This document shows positions 26,701 through 41,700 of a stretch of 64,000 nucleotides of DNA, piece after piece. The translations under genes were made by a program, and so were the position numbers. Origin of the DNA: Phoronis australis. Its lineage: Eukaryota > Animalia > Phoronida. Positions within the stretch are counted from its first letter, which is position 1, and each line of letters opens with the position of its first letter. The stretch covers positions 124,001 to 188,000 of the forward strand of contig NMRA01000541.1 of the NCBI GenBank assembly GCA_002633005.1, written 5' to 3'. Below the pieces are notes generated by a model. It saw only the letters and a program-made list of their open reading frames with translations. It ran no database searches and had not been told where the DNA came from.

Positions 26701-29700
26701 TTCCAGAGGTGTTGGGAGACTGAAACAATAATTAAAGCTAAAAAATGATATGCAAAAATTAGATGACAAAATAGCAATGAAACAAAGTTTAAAATGGCAG
26801 ATGCACTGTAACTGCAGCACAGCTATAACCATCTGTGACAGTGGTTTAGCAAGAGGAATATGTTACTGTTGTAACTCATGAACATGACAATTGCAAAATT
26901 AACTTAGATGGTGACCCTTCACAGTCAAACTTCGCTGGAAGCAATGGTACACCACACTAACTAGGATGAATTGAAAAGCAATAGTACTAATGACTAAGTC
27001 AAGACTAAAACCAAGAACTAGAGTTACACCAGTTTAAGGGTGTGAAGAGTAATGATTATATAATAGTCTTAAAGTACTATAAAAGGAGTTACTATTGACT
27101 TTAGTTGGTCTGAATACAGCTCATGACAGAACAATAAATTAGCATTTAGTCAATGTCTTCAACAAAAATAAATGCAAAGAAAGTTTTCATTGTCACATTT
27201 TGTTCATAATGCAACTGTCATTATCAACAGAACATGAAACTCAAGAGCATTATTAGCAACACAGCAGTGAGCTTTTGAGAATGGAAAGAGGAGAATTTTT
27301 GCAAGTATTTTTGTTTGAATTTCAGCAAACTTAACCAATCCTGAGTGCATACGTATGTATTGCATATTTTTGTAACAATTAAATAATTAAATTTCTTATA
27401 CCATACCCATGAAGGGTGATTATATTGAGTAACTCAAAATCAGAATGACCGATTTGAACAACCAGCATTTGATGTATCATTAAGTAGTATACAGGGGTCC
27501 TGCATTTTGAGAATCAGTTTTCACCACTGAATAACCGTTATCACACTGGTTCTCAAAATACAGAACCCTGTCACTGAGTCACATGCAACAGTCACAATCT
27601 TGGTAGAATACAGACAATAATGTCTAAACAAACTGTCTCTGTTTTGAGACCTGAAACTGTCAATTTATAAAAATTTAACAGGAATTCACAAAAGACAAAA
27701 GTGTTTAAAACAAAACTTAAATGCCAACTGACGAATTAAATGGGAATGGAAGTAAACTTTTAAGTTTAAAAACATGCACCAGCTGGCACATAATGTACAT
27801 GTATACCAAAGCGCCATCTGTTGAACAAATGATGATGACAAAGCAGAACAAGAAACAAAATTAGAAAAGCGGAAAATGCCAACTAAGCGACACACGCGTC
27901 TGTTTTGTGTTATGGAAAACTCAAGTCTCCCTGATCAAGCAGACAATTCAAAAGATTAAAACTTCCTGTGGCTACCATTTCTGTTCATCTGGGAAGAGTG
28001 TTACTTAAAAAGCTCAAAACTACAATTGACAATTTGTTCTTTCACACATGTTCCACTGCTGTAGTTAGTTTCATCAATAATGACAGGACACATTTGTCAG
28101 TGTTTGTTGCCAATAGAGTGAGGTACATCAAAGAATATTATGAACCATCCCAATGAACATGAATGGACATGAAGAGGAACCAAGCGGATGACAGATCAAG
28201 GCGGCATACCAGAAGATGGTCTTTCAGTGCATCATTTCTGGTGCAGTCCCAAGATACCTGGCCGGAACAACCAAACATGTCCCAGAAAGCGACAAGGTGG
28301 AAGTCAAGAGTATCAAATGCAACACGGTGGGTAACAATGCTTCCACAGACGCAACAAGATGATTGATTACTGTTCCAGCTAAGGTTCATTGAAAAAAGCT
28401 GTTTCTAGTTGCTATTTATGGCAGGTTATTCATTACACTGAAGCAATGAGGTAGATACTTCCCACACATCATGGTTGTCTGATCGTTTTAGTGTGCAAGA
28501 GTTGCAGGCAACAAAAAGCGCTGTATTGAAGATTGTTCAAAGAGAGTTTTTCCAACAGGACATGCAAACCCTATCCTTAAGCAAGCCACTACTAATGGGA
28601 AATTCGTTAGCTTGAACCCTTTCATGGAAGCAGGAGTTGGTGGCAGACTAGACAAGGCACAATTGTCTGATGCTATGAAGCATCTAGTCACTTTTCCAAA
28701 AAGGGCCACGTGACTGAACTCATTATACGTCATCATCATGAGCGTCTTGCACATTCTCGTAGGAACCATGAACATGCGACTGCTACATTACAGGAGAGAT
28801 ATTGGGTGGTTTCGTGCAACTACACTATTCGCCAGGATATTCATCGATGTGTCACTTGTCGAAGAACTCGTAGCCGCACAAAGAGAATAGCCACAGAGCT
28901 GCTGTTCACTTACATAGATGTAGACTACTTAGGAACGTTTATGGTAAAAGAAGCTCATAAGAAAAATTGAAGCAATATGGAGTGCTGATGACCTGCATAT
29001 CCAGTAGAGCAGTGGATCTTGAGGTAGCTAACCCTAAGAAGATTTATTGCATGCAGGGGTAATATTCGTTGCTTATTCTCTGACAATGGAATCAACTTTG
29101 TTGGAGCTTGACGTAAATTGGTGAACGCTTTGAAAGAAATCGACTTTGACAGTGCCCAAGGTTGTATGTTGAAGGTGGGCATCGACAGGAAGTTTAATCT
29201 GCATGCTGCCAGCCACATGGGAGGAAGATGGGAAAGACAAATCCATAGGGTTCAGTAGATGATGTCTTTGAATCGTGACACCAATGACTTTGAGGTCAAG
29301 TATCATTCTACTTCCACCAGGTCCAGAAGAGTCCAGTATCTTGCTGACATGTTTGGTAGGCGTTGGAAGAAAGAATAGCTTTTGTCACTGCAAGCTCACA
29401 AGAAGTAGATATCGGCAAGATGAAACATTTGCATTCATGGGACATAGTGGTTGTCAAGGATGACTACTTGCCCAGAAGCAAATGGTTGATGGGACGTGTG
29501 TGTGCAGCGTTCAGCCACACACGAGGAACCGAGTAAGGTTCTAGGGGATTAAAACCAAGGACGGAGTATTTAGATGTGCACTCCACAAGATGGTGATGCT
29601 TCTACCTGTAGAGAAACACTGAATACGTTTGATGGACATTAGTAGTGTAATAGTTGTGATTTGCGTGGCAATGTTACTTTATCGTATGTTAATTAAACAA

Positions 29701-32700
29701 TTACCATTGATTACGGAAGAGTGTAACTGCCATGCGTATGTCAGTGTATTCATGTAATATAGTGCAGGGCATATTCAAGTATTCCGGTAGTGTAGCTCTA
29801 CAGCATTTTCCTGACGGATAGCACTCGTTCATATGCAGAGAGGCAGCTATGTTGGATTGTCACAAAGGAAGTGGGTACATTATTGTCATTCGCTCTACGT
29901 CTACCATTCCTGATGGTTTAGTTTAAGTTACTTTGGCAGCACAATTTATAGTAAGTGTTTGTAATATTCTGATGGTGTAGTATATTATTGCATGTGTTCC
30001 TGATGTTGCTTACAGTGCTTAAAGCCATTAGTACATTTTAGGTAGCCACCACGTTTTAGCATTCATAGGATTTACAATTGTTTCCTGTTTTCTAGATAAA
30101 TGTTCGCATATTCGTTCAATAAACATCAACGGATTGAGATCAAATACACAGCTTGTTGTTACATTGGAACGTCTCGTGTTTGACAAAAATGCAGTCGTGG
30201 TGTTTTTGTGTGCTGTGGCAAACATTTCACCCTTGCGTTTTGGCACAAACCGAGATATTCCGCTTTTCAATTCAGTTCTCTCATTTTTTCATTCTCAAAT
30301 GTTGACAACTATACAACAGGTATTTAAAATAACAGAGCCTCCTTGTTATGAACATTATATTTCCAGGATTAACTGTCTACATAATAACATAACAATCACA
30401 AAATGTGTTCCAATTTCTCTTGTTTACGGTAACACCCCCTTCATGTATTAGAACAACTTAATTTTCACTTGATACAATATGCATTTGGTACATATCCATT
30501 TGATACATGTCCATTTGCCCATTTTTATCTCTTAGAAAACCAACCCAATTTCGGATAGGTAGTTGGAGTAATTAGTTGATCAATTTTTGTGAAGAAAATT
30601 GTAACAAATGGCCCAATTAAAAAACACTCAAAATCTCCACAAGGAGGCACTGCAGTTGCCGAATCCAGCCAAAAACCAAAGAGTGCCCGCGCAATCTCAT
30701 AATATACCTCTGCATCAAGTTTCAATGAAATCTATCATTTGGTTCTTTAGATATCATCTGGAAATTAAAGTACTTCCCCCAAACAACAAATAAAAGCTCA
30801 TGTCGAAAACAAAATGGCAACTAGGAGGTGCTACAGTGGTCTAATTCGTCCACAAATTTAATGGTGCTGCCACATTGTCATCAAAAACCTGTCTCAACTT
30901 TCATTGAAATCCTTCACTCCCTTCTCTACATATTATTCAGAAACAATCCCACACAAAATGGCCACTAGGAGGCACTCCAGAAGTTGAATCTGGCTGAAAA
31001 CCAAATGGTGCCAGCCCAATTTCATCATATACAACCTTGACAAATTTTGATGAAATCCTTTCATTGGCTCTTTAGATATCACCCAGAAACGCTCAACGCC
31101 CAACAACACTTGAAAGCCCCCATCAAAAACAAAATGGCCACTACGAGGTGCTACAATAAATTAAACCGCCCTAAAATTCAGTGGTGCTGCTGCTGTGTCA
31201 ACTTATATTGAAATCCTTCCCTCCGTCCTCTACATTTTATCCAGAAACGCCCCCACACAAAATGGCCACTGCAGTAGTCGAATCCAGACCAAAATCAAAC
31301 AGTACAGGTGCACTCTCATCTTATACTTTTGCGTTATGTTACTTTCAATTTAATTTGCCAATCAGTTCTCATGATATCATCCAGAAGCGCTCTCCTCCCA
31401 GGCAACACTTAAAAAGCCCCCAGTCAAGAACAAAATTGCCACTAGTAATTGCGGCAAAGGTCAAATCTGGCTAACTTATTCATGGTGGTGCAATCACACA
31501 TCTTTGAGTCAAGTTTCATGGAAGTCCGTCAGTCCATTCTCTAAATATCAACCTGAAATGCTCTTTCTCCAAAAATACAGAAAAATCCACGTCCCCTGAC
31601 CCCAGGGGACAGTGCAGATTGCAAAGTGCTTTTAACCCCTCTAGTGATGTCCAACGCCTTTGAGCTAAATTCCATCAAAATCTGACCAGGGGTTTTTGAC
31701 ATATCGAGCGGATACTCCGACAGACGGACCATCGCACGACCAGAAAGTGACGGTAATATGCGATCACACAAACATATGTGGTTGCATAAAAATGAAAGTT
31801 AGAAAGTTGTGCAATCTCAAAATGAATTTGCAATTAAGCACTCTACAAAACCAATGTTAGAAACATAAGTTTGAGCCTCCACCATATGCATTGGAGAGCC
31901 TGAGTAAATTTACTGTTTAGAGAGAGATAGATATCAAAGGACACAACTACGAACATAACATGAAATACAGTGAAAAATACTGTCAGTGTTGGTCACAATG
32001 TGAGCTAGTGCACATGTTGGTCACAATGTGAGCTAGTGCACGTGTTGGTCACAATGTGAACTAGTGCACGCTTTGTTCACAATGTGAGCTAGTGCACTTT
32101 TTCAAACAATCATGCAGCTTGTAGCACAACCATTGTGAAACACTGAAATGTCAAAAGATAGTGGGAATTTAAACACTTTTAATTATTAAAGAAGAAATTT
32201 GTGTGCCAATAGACATACCTTACTAAGCTTTGTCCTGTCATACGGCAAAAATTTTTCCTCAGTCGCCATGATGATTCTACCTGTAAAACCTTCCTGTCGG
32301 AGTGTCTCCACAGCTACACTCGCAGCGCCACCTACAACAGCAAAAACTTACACTGTAGGGGAACCACCAACAGTCAAAAGATCACAGGCACACTCGCTGT
32401 GCCACCTGGGACAGTAAAAATCAATTCAAAAGAAGATTTTCAGCTAAAAAATTGTTAAATCAGTTTTGAAGTCATTTAAGACATTGTTTTAAAACAGATT
32501 TGGATTGCCGGGAAGTAAATAATTTACTATACACTAATGCCTGACGTGGAGTGACAATAATAAGAATAACTAGAAAGATTACTTACTATTACTGTCACGG
32601 TGTGACAGTAATAGACTCTGCGCGTGCTTATTACTGGAATTGTTATGGGAAGTTATTGACAACAACCCGTTTACCAATATGAAAAAGAATTCTTTAAAAC

Positions 32701-35700
32701 TGTAGAAGTTACATGCTCATAATTTGATGACCTTTGCCCAAATTGACCCCTTTGGGTGCATTATGAGCCCTACTGAGGGAATAAGAGTAAACATAATGAA
32801 AAGTGTGGTTAACGCTAAGAATCACAGATGTCTTACTTTAAGAACTTTAGAATGCAAGATGAATGAATTTGTCACACTGTCACAAGAAAAATGCACCTAA
32901 TGACCCCATGGTTGCACCAAATGATCTGAACTTTCAGAGTTGCAATTACTAAAGAAATTTGTAAATTTGAAGAGTCTAGCTCAAAATTTTTGTTTGCACT
33001 CAATGACCTTGACCTTTGTTTCTGATTGGACGGTTCTATTGCTTAGTCAAGTAGAGTATTTGACTGGCATATAGGCTTAAACCAGTGAGCTGAAATTGAA
33101 AAGAATTCCTTGAAAAATATAATAGAAATAATATTTTGAAAGTTAGATGACCTTTGTACTAATTGACCCTATCCGGTGCATTGTAAGCCTCTTTAGGAGA
33201 ATTATTGCAAAGTCCGTGAAAAGTGTGTTTAATGCTGAGAATCACACTTGTCAAACTGTTGACACGTCAGAATACTTGGTGAAAGAAAACGACAAATTTT
33301 CATAAGAAAAAAGCACCTAATGGCCCCATGGTTGCACTAAATGACCTGAAACTTTGAATTTCGAATAGCGGATTTGCAGCGCAAACGAACTACACATTGC
33401 GCATGTGCGAGTTACTTCCTGCGCGAAGGCTCATGGGATAGCTTGTGGTCAGGCATGTCTTGAGCAGGCTGGATAGTGTGTGCAATTGGAGTGATTTGCA
33501 AACTAAAAACCATGTTTCATTTTTTGCTTTATAATACCAAGCAAGTCCTTTCTCTCGTTTGTAAACACAGCGTAGCTATGATCAGTGACCGTGTGACCGA
33601 GGGCACGACTGTCGTCATGTTCAGTATTGGGGCTATCGGCGTTGATTTTGAAATCTCCTCCGGTTTCAGACAAGTTGAGAGTTCTTGGGTTGCTTAACTT
33701 TTGTAGCTTTCGCCGTGGATATGCTAGAGACGTTAATTTTAAGAGGAAACTCCGTCGGAATGTTGTTCTCATACGTCTTTTTTCCACCAGGAAAATGTTC
33801 GCTGCACACACGATGGCCCCTAGGCAATTACATCGCACTGGATGCCCCAGGCATTCAGGGGTGATAGTACATCCTCACAAAAAGTTACTCATTTCAAAAC
33901 ACAGCAAATAAAATCAAATGAACCATACATATAGGAACACAGAGTTATAATTAACACATACCACGACTGTGGATACAATTCAGTCAGCAAAACTTGAACA
34001 AATCGATGAAAATCTGTCGCGGTTTGCTCGAGTTTCTCTCAGTTACCGGGTGCCATTTTGAGGAAGTTACGTGAAATTACACATGTTGACGAACAAAATG
34101 TCCAAGGGACACACATCTTACAAGTTTCACCCGATACCTTCTCATGCTATTTTACAAGTGTCGCGCGCTAGCGTCACGCGCTTCACTCAGTCTCGCGCTA
34201 ACTTTTGCCTAACTCACGTGATTCAGTTGACATGCGTTGTAGTTATCGCGCACACGGTGATAAAATTGACGGCAACTAAAAATGTGGAGTTGTAGTTCTT
34301 CGCCAAAGTCAACTTAATTCTCACAACTAAGCTTCATCAAAGATATGTATAGAAGTAAAAAGGACCAATGATGAAAGTAAGCGTTTTTTTAAATGATAGT
34401 TTTAAGAGTAGAATGTATTTTTGACGAGGTGAAAACTCGAAATCGGTAACCCAAATCCGGTCACGGCCCATTTAAAATACACTGAATTAACGAAATGAGT
34501 ACAGAAAGCGAATGGAAGTATTGTAGCCCTTATATGACCAACCGAGGGGCTACGTGTTGCCAACTAGATGGCCCCGCGTTGGTTTGAATGCGCTAAATCT
34601 CCCCTTACTCCCAGCTCTCCTAATGTTGTTTATCCACGAAGTTCTTGGTTTGCAGGGAACACATAGAAACTCAGCTTTTTATCTCTCTTGTTGTTTTTGA
34701 AGCAGCCAGGAACACAACAAGTGTATCCGCCGTAAGTTTTCTTCGCGCTCATACCGCGTATTATGCTTGTTACTATGGCCGCTTTCGGAATCCTGACCAC
34801 AGCACCCACAATGTACCATTTTAACCTAATTTCAATATGGCGTCACTGCAAATCCAATATTGAATTGCATGTGCCCATCAGACATGTGAATTTGACGTTT
34901 CTAGCTCAAAATCTTAGTTTGCACCTGTTTAATCTGATTGGATGACTCGATAACTTGGAAAAGTAACTTTTCAAATTGCCATGTAGACTTAAGCCAGTTC
35001 TGTACATCAAATTTCAAAAAAATAGCGTTAAAACTGAAGAAGCAGTAGCATTATTATATGACCTTTGCACTAAACGACCTCTTCCGGTGCATTATGGAAT
35101 ATAATTATATAACAAATCAAAATTTATGTACTGCTTATACTCCCATGTTGAATTGAATGAACGTACCAGCACCCATTTTGGGGTTATTAAGTGTCAGAGC
35201 TGGTCGAAAGAATAAGAATAAGAATAAGAATAAAATTGAAGAAAACCCAGAAACAACAGTACTCTGCGCTTACACGCGCAGAGTAATAAGAATAAGAATA
35301 AAATTGAAGAAAACCCAGGAACAACAGTACTCTGCACTTACATGCGCAGAGCAATAATAACTTTATTTTGAACAAGAATCCACCAACCCAGAGTTCACAA
35401 TAACTTTTATATATGGGCACACTCACCTCCTCCGACAATAAGATAAGTTTCGTCAGCATCCATTGATTGACATGACATAGGTTTAACCCGCTTGGAAGAC
35501 TTCAAACTCTGTTCCGGAACTTTCACAGTCACTTCATTTTCATGAATCTCAACCTAAAAATTAAATTTCATAAAAATGTTACATTTTTACAAAATACTTT
35601 TAAATTAGTACCTCCATGATACTGGGAAAGAGATGTAGGATGTTACACAAATGACAGCTGAAACAATAGATCAATTGTCACAAGAGACAAAATCTACATA

Positions 35701-38700
35701 AATGCTTAGTTGGATCTCACTTAGGGCAAAGCATTAATTCGCAAGTGCACTCTTAGTTTTTATTGCCACTTCCAAAAAATAAATCCAAACTCTAACTATA
35801 GGTAAGCTTGACCTTTCATCAGCAGGATCTTTAATTTCAGTCTAATTTTCATCAGTTCAGTTCTACTTTGGTGGTCTTCCCAAGCGCAGAAAGCACCACT
35901 GCAGTGTGAAAAATTGAGACCAGTTTTTAACGGTAAGTGGTTTAAATCCATGGTTATTTCCGGTTATTTTTGACAGAAGGAGGGTATACAGCAGCTTTTT
36001 AAAGAGTGTAAAGTGATTATGTTGTAGTCAAGTAAACATCCTTAAAGGAGAATGCCACCCGATTTAATTAGTCTTTTTTACCGTCTTAATCAGTCTATAT
36101 CCACATCGCCTCTTATACGGTCGACCTCACCTTGCCGAGAGGTGTCGCATTAACCTGTGAGGAAGATGAGAAACGACACAGTGATGTCAGTGGTTCGTCT
36201 GCAGAGTGAATGCCGCTATATTGCGGTTCATCGTTCCTGCTTGTCCGAATTTTGAAGCTGCGAAGAAAGTGGGTATATCGTTTTTTCGACTTCCTTGAGA
36301 GCCCAAAATGCTTAGGAAGTGACTCGCGGTAATGAAGAGTGAAAGGTACACTGTTAATAGCAAGTATGAGGCCGTGAAACATCTCCGTGTCTGTGGCCGG
36401 CACTTTGACGACAGTGATTTCTTTAACGAATTCCGGCTTACCAAAGAACTATCCATACGTTCCATTGCCTGTGCATGTTCACGGCGCCTCTCTAGAATTT
36501 CTTGATCAGTGTATTCCAGTTCGAACTGATAGCCTGTGAAACCTAACGATCCGACCCGTAGTCGGATGAGCTCTTGACTACATTACAGTCGGGATTGGCG
36601 CCAGGCAAGTTGCCATTATTATTCTGCGTTCTGTTTCAAAATGAATTATTCTCATCCTAAACAATGCTTATATGAAACTGAAACAGTCTGTCTCATTAGA
36701 TACAATTTGTAATGACTTGGAGTGCTCGTGAGTGCAAATGTTTTGAGAAACCAGCAATGAACAAACCACTGCTTTACCGGCTTTTGATGCCGGTAACAGA
36801 GGTAATTGATCGGGCACCGAGGCCGTATGAGCGCATGCTAATTCAGTGTTTGCTGACAGAAAGCTATTGTTAAACAATTACTTGATTTTATATGCTATGG
36901 TCACATGTTAGGGGAATCTTTATTTAGAAATACATTATTCAAATCATTGTTATTGCACAACCTTTGCCCTGATGGTCTGTGGAAGGGGAACCTGACTCCA
37001 CGGACCCCGACAAGTAAGTAGATTTTTTCAGTTTCATGGCTAATTCACATAAATAAATACGTGTCTTTCTTTGGCTCACTATTATAGGCTTTTCGTGACT
37101 GGATGTTTAGTTTCAAACTCAAGCTGGTTTATGTTCGTGCCAGTCCCGGTGACCCCAGGCCTAGTGATCGGGTCATCCGAGCCACTGGCCAGGATAACAA
37201 GCGTTTTGTGTGTTTCACTGAAGAATACTTCGAATTTATCTCCGAATTACAGACCCTAAACTCCTGCTACGGACCTTGGTAAATTGGCCTGCCGAACTTT
37301 GTAGGCTACGATGTGTCCAAATACCAGTAAATCCATAACAGCGAAATAAAACAACACGTTTTTATAAGAACTCAATGTAATTTTAAGGGTTTTACATCGC
37401 AGTTTAATGATTTATTGGTGGTAAACGATGAATTCAAGCGATAAGCTGACACCGGTAACCCATGTTGTGAACTGCAGAACAGACTGTGTGTGAAACTAAT
37501 TACGTCATTGGATATTTCAACACCTCCGTCTGCCCTCAGTTGTCAGGTAACGCAACTGAACGTGCTGTTATCGAGTAGAACTACTCGATCTAAATTGATA
37601 CAAAATAGGTTGTTTTTTGGGTGGCATTCTCCTTTAAAGGTTAATATGTAGAGCCTTATTGGCAAGCTTGTGCTTTCAGTCAAATACCTAAAAATTTGTT
37701 ACATGATGTACGTTGAAACATCGGTAGTGATTTGGTCGAGGCGTGATCAGAGTGAAAATGCATCACTGTGATCATGCCGAGACCAAATCACAACCCATAT
37801 TTGAACACATTGTATAACATTTTTATACCACATATTTTGGCATTGTTCATTATGTTTCCTTGCCCGCACTAAATTTCTTTCATGTGTAAAAATTCACGTC
37901 ATGAAATGTTCGTCCACATAAATCCTCTAGATCAAAGGAAAACTAGAGCACAATCGTTCGATAACTTTCAAACAGCTGACAAAGATAAGAACAAGCTAAA
38001 CACACTTTTAATATTCGATGAACCGTTTTTGACAACAATGGGACTGGAATTACAATGAATTCAGCTCTAAACAGTAGGTTGAATGTTGGCTGGTGCCTCT
38101 TGACTTTGTTAAATGGCGAAGAGTGAGCAGACGATAAAGTTGTACGTAGTTAAGTTATACTTTCATCTCTATTTTTGTGGGGATTTAGTTTCATTTTGAT
38201 TTGTTAGAACGCATGTTTGTTAATTGTATCTCAACTTGTAAACGAGTATTTCTGTCAGTTTCCCAATGATGAGTGACCTAGATTTCATTTCTAACTTGCG
38301 TCGATCAAAACCTTTTAACGGGTCATTCTTGCTTCCTATTGCGTAGTTTTATTCAATGTTTTGGTAATTACTGACATTGTAGTGTTTATGTTAGCTTAGT
38401 TTCAATTCTATGTTTAAATTTTATTCTGTCCATAAACGTAGTACTTTCGGTTTGTTTTCCGTTAATCACCTGTCACTGACCCAGATAAGTTGGAATTCTG
38501 AGACAGTGATCCAGTTGTTTGTTGCACATGACTATATATGTCAGTCGACCAGTTATTACACATCTTGCACGTGCGTTTATTGTACAGCATACATATGTGC
38601 TATAAAAAATTTAAAAATTCACGACAACGTTTTCCGGTTCAGTGACTTTTCCAGATGTAGGGGGTGCTGAGCGTGTGATAACATCTATAGCTTCTAACTG

Positions 38701-41700
38701 CCAAGCACAAACTTTTGTCTGTAATGACAACAAGCAGGCCAATTATCTGTCAGGCTTTTTACAGGCCATGTGTGAACACAGTCAAGATCAGAGTGAATTG
38801 GTGTATTCGGAAAGAATAGATTGTCGTAACTTTGGTTGCAGTTGGGCGATTTTGGTGATTCAAAATCTAAACATGATCACCATTTGATGAAGATTTCATA
38901 AATGCTATTGGTTTATGTTCAAATATGATACACCTTAGCTTTTATTTTTAACAGCACAGCCCAGTCAGGCTAGATACCATCTTACTGGACATTAGAGCAA
39001 TTATCAAACAAAAGAGAGCTGGCCCTCCAACCATCAATGCCAGAATGGAGTTAATCAGTCGTGTAAGATATTGGCTACAGAGGTAAACTTCCCAACTTGT
39101 TGTTGGGCTATAGAATGGAAGAAGTTGGGAGCAACGGGAAAACGTCGTAATGAAATAGCAAAAGTTACTAAATATTTTCTGAAAGTACAGACTGAGACCG
39201 CAGAATTTGATTTGTGTCTTTGTGCCAATGCTCCATTTGTTGGGTCATGAGACTGGTCATGTGACCAAGAGCTTCTAATAAAAGTAGCAAAAAGGGAAAG
39301 GTACGTTGATAGCAAAAACAAGACATTAACAACATGGGCTCTGTCCAAATGTCGTTTATAAAATTAATGTTCAAGAATAAATCTCAAAAAAGTTTGTTAC
39401 AATTTTCTAAATCCTCACTTTGTGCAGCTTCTAACTTCTTATAAAAATCATAAAAAATCTTAGTTTTGCCCTCTGTGCAAAGCGGATTATTTCAAAAATT
39501 TCTAACAGGAGAACTGTGCATAAACCATAGTATGTGAAAATAATGTTATTGTCCATGCTTTCGTTTATTTACGTCTGTCGATTGAAAGCACCTTCCACTA
39601 CTAACACCAAAGCTTCAGTGAGTACAAATGCTTTGATTTTAAATTCTACTATTTTATGCGAAGTTTTGCTTGCAGATTAACTACCAGACCTAACCTTTCC
39701 CACTTAACAAAACTTCAGTAAAAGCGAAGTTTCACTTCCAATGGAAAAGCGACTTTGGATGCTCTTTAGACAAGACAAATATCAATGTAAGATGAGTACC
39801 TGATACTTTGGTAAACTGTCCAGGCCAGGGAAGTCTTCAATATCACCAGTTTTTACATTAAAACAAGCACCATGCAACTGACATCGAATTCTGCCATTAC
39901 ACAAGACACCTGCAATGAAAAATGAACACGGCATTGATACAAGTGGCCGACAACCATTGGAATTATGCAGTTGTAATGTTACTCCCTGAGCAGTCGCAGA
40001 CAATAAGGTGAACTTTTATTTCTGAAAAACATTTCCACAAAAAAGATTAAGAAGACTTGAAGGTTTTATTAGCTTTGCTAGTACCATGAAGGTGTCATGA
40101 AACAAAACTTGGCAAAGTTTTATTAATTGCAGCAATCAGTGTTTGAGAGTAGACATACCAAGGTGAAGTTTTAATGGCCCGCCACATGACACAAACTTTG
40201 AAGAAGTGAACTGATACATCAAGCTACACGTAATGGAGTAACAGTCTGAGGATACAAACCATCTGTCACTCAACTGGAAAAACAATAACAGATGCATGAC
40301 ATTGATTTTTAAGTATCAGTTTACCAATCCACCAACCACAGGACAGTTAACAAACGGCAAGGTGGGGGGTCAACCATTCAGAGCCATGTTTAGTCTAACA
40401 AGAGCAACGCAGAGCGTTGAAATGCGTCCACGAATGCATCGCAAATGGTGTGCTTTTAGGGTTATTTATTTGTATCACAAAAATGGCCACTAGATAGTGC
40501 AAAAATGTACAATCCATCCAAAAACGGGAAAATGCCATATTTCATAAAAATCTGACAAGGAACTTCAGAGAAACAACGGAAAGCAGAACAAAAAGAAATT
40601 GCCATTTGTGGGCACAGCGTCAGTTCCTTTGCCTGAATGTCGTCTGTTATCTTCACATAATTTAATAAAGATCCTGCAGTGGGTTTTGGAGATACAGTGA
40701 AGGACGCAAAACAAAACTACCACTAGGAGGCGCCACAGTAGTCAGTCACCATCATCAAACGTCATCTTCACACTGAAAACATAAATACGCTTGCTAATTT
40801 AAGTAAAGATCCTGCAAACAGTTTAATAGATGTAGCCATGATTGCAAAAAAAAACCCACAAAACTGCCACTAGGAGGCGCCACAGTACTTGAACTCGGAA
40901 AATCGTCATCAGTCGTCCACTTCATAGTAAAACCATACACGCAAATTTTCACAATTATCCTGAAATGGGTTTGGTTGATAGACGAGTGGACGCCAAAAAA
41001 CAGACTCGAAAACAGTAAAAATGGCCATTAGGTGGCGCAAACTAGGTCGAATTCATCAGAAAACGGAGAGATAATGTCACTTCATTAACAGATGCCGGTA
41101 TGCTAAATTTTAAGAAAATACGTTGAGGACCTTTGAACATACAGAGGTAAACGTAAAATTGCCACTAGGTGGCACGGCACACCAGTAATCACATCCTTCT
41201 GAAAGTTGTCGTCGTCCCTTGTCAACATCATATAAATACACTTACTAAATTTAGTAAAGATCCTTTTAACGGTTTAGGAGATACAGCCATAGGCGCAAAA
41301 AAAAACAAAACTACCACTAGGAGGCGCCAAAGTAGTGGAAATCGTCAGAAAATCATCGTCAGCCATCCACTTCACAGTAAGAATGTACGTGCCAATTTTC
41401 ACAATCACCCTTTGAGCGGTTTGTGTGATATAAGAGTGCACTAAAAGACTCGAAAACAGTAAAAATGGCCACTAGGTAGCGCAAAATATGTTGATTCCAT
41501 CCGAAAACAGAAGGACAGTGTCATCTCATTAATAGGTGCCTATATACCAAATTTTATGAAAATCCGTTCACGACCTTTGAAGATACAGAAGTTAACGTAA
41601 AAACACTAAAATTGCCACTAGGGGACACACCGTTAGTTGGATCCATCCGAAAGTTCGCTCATGCCGTCCCATCCACGGAAAGGACACGTGCAAAATTTCA

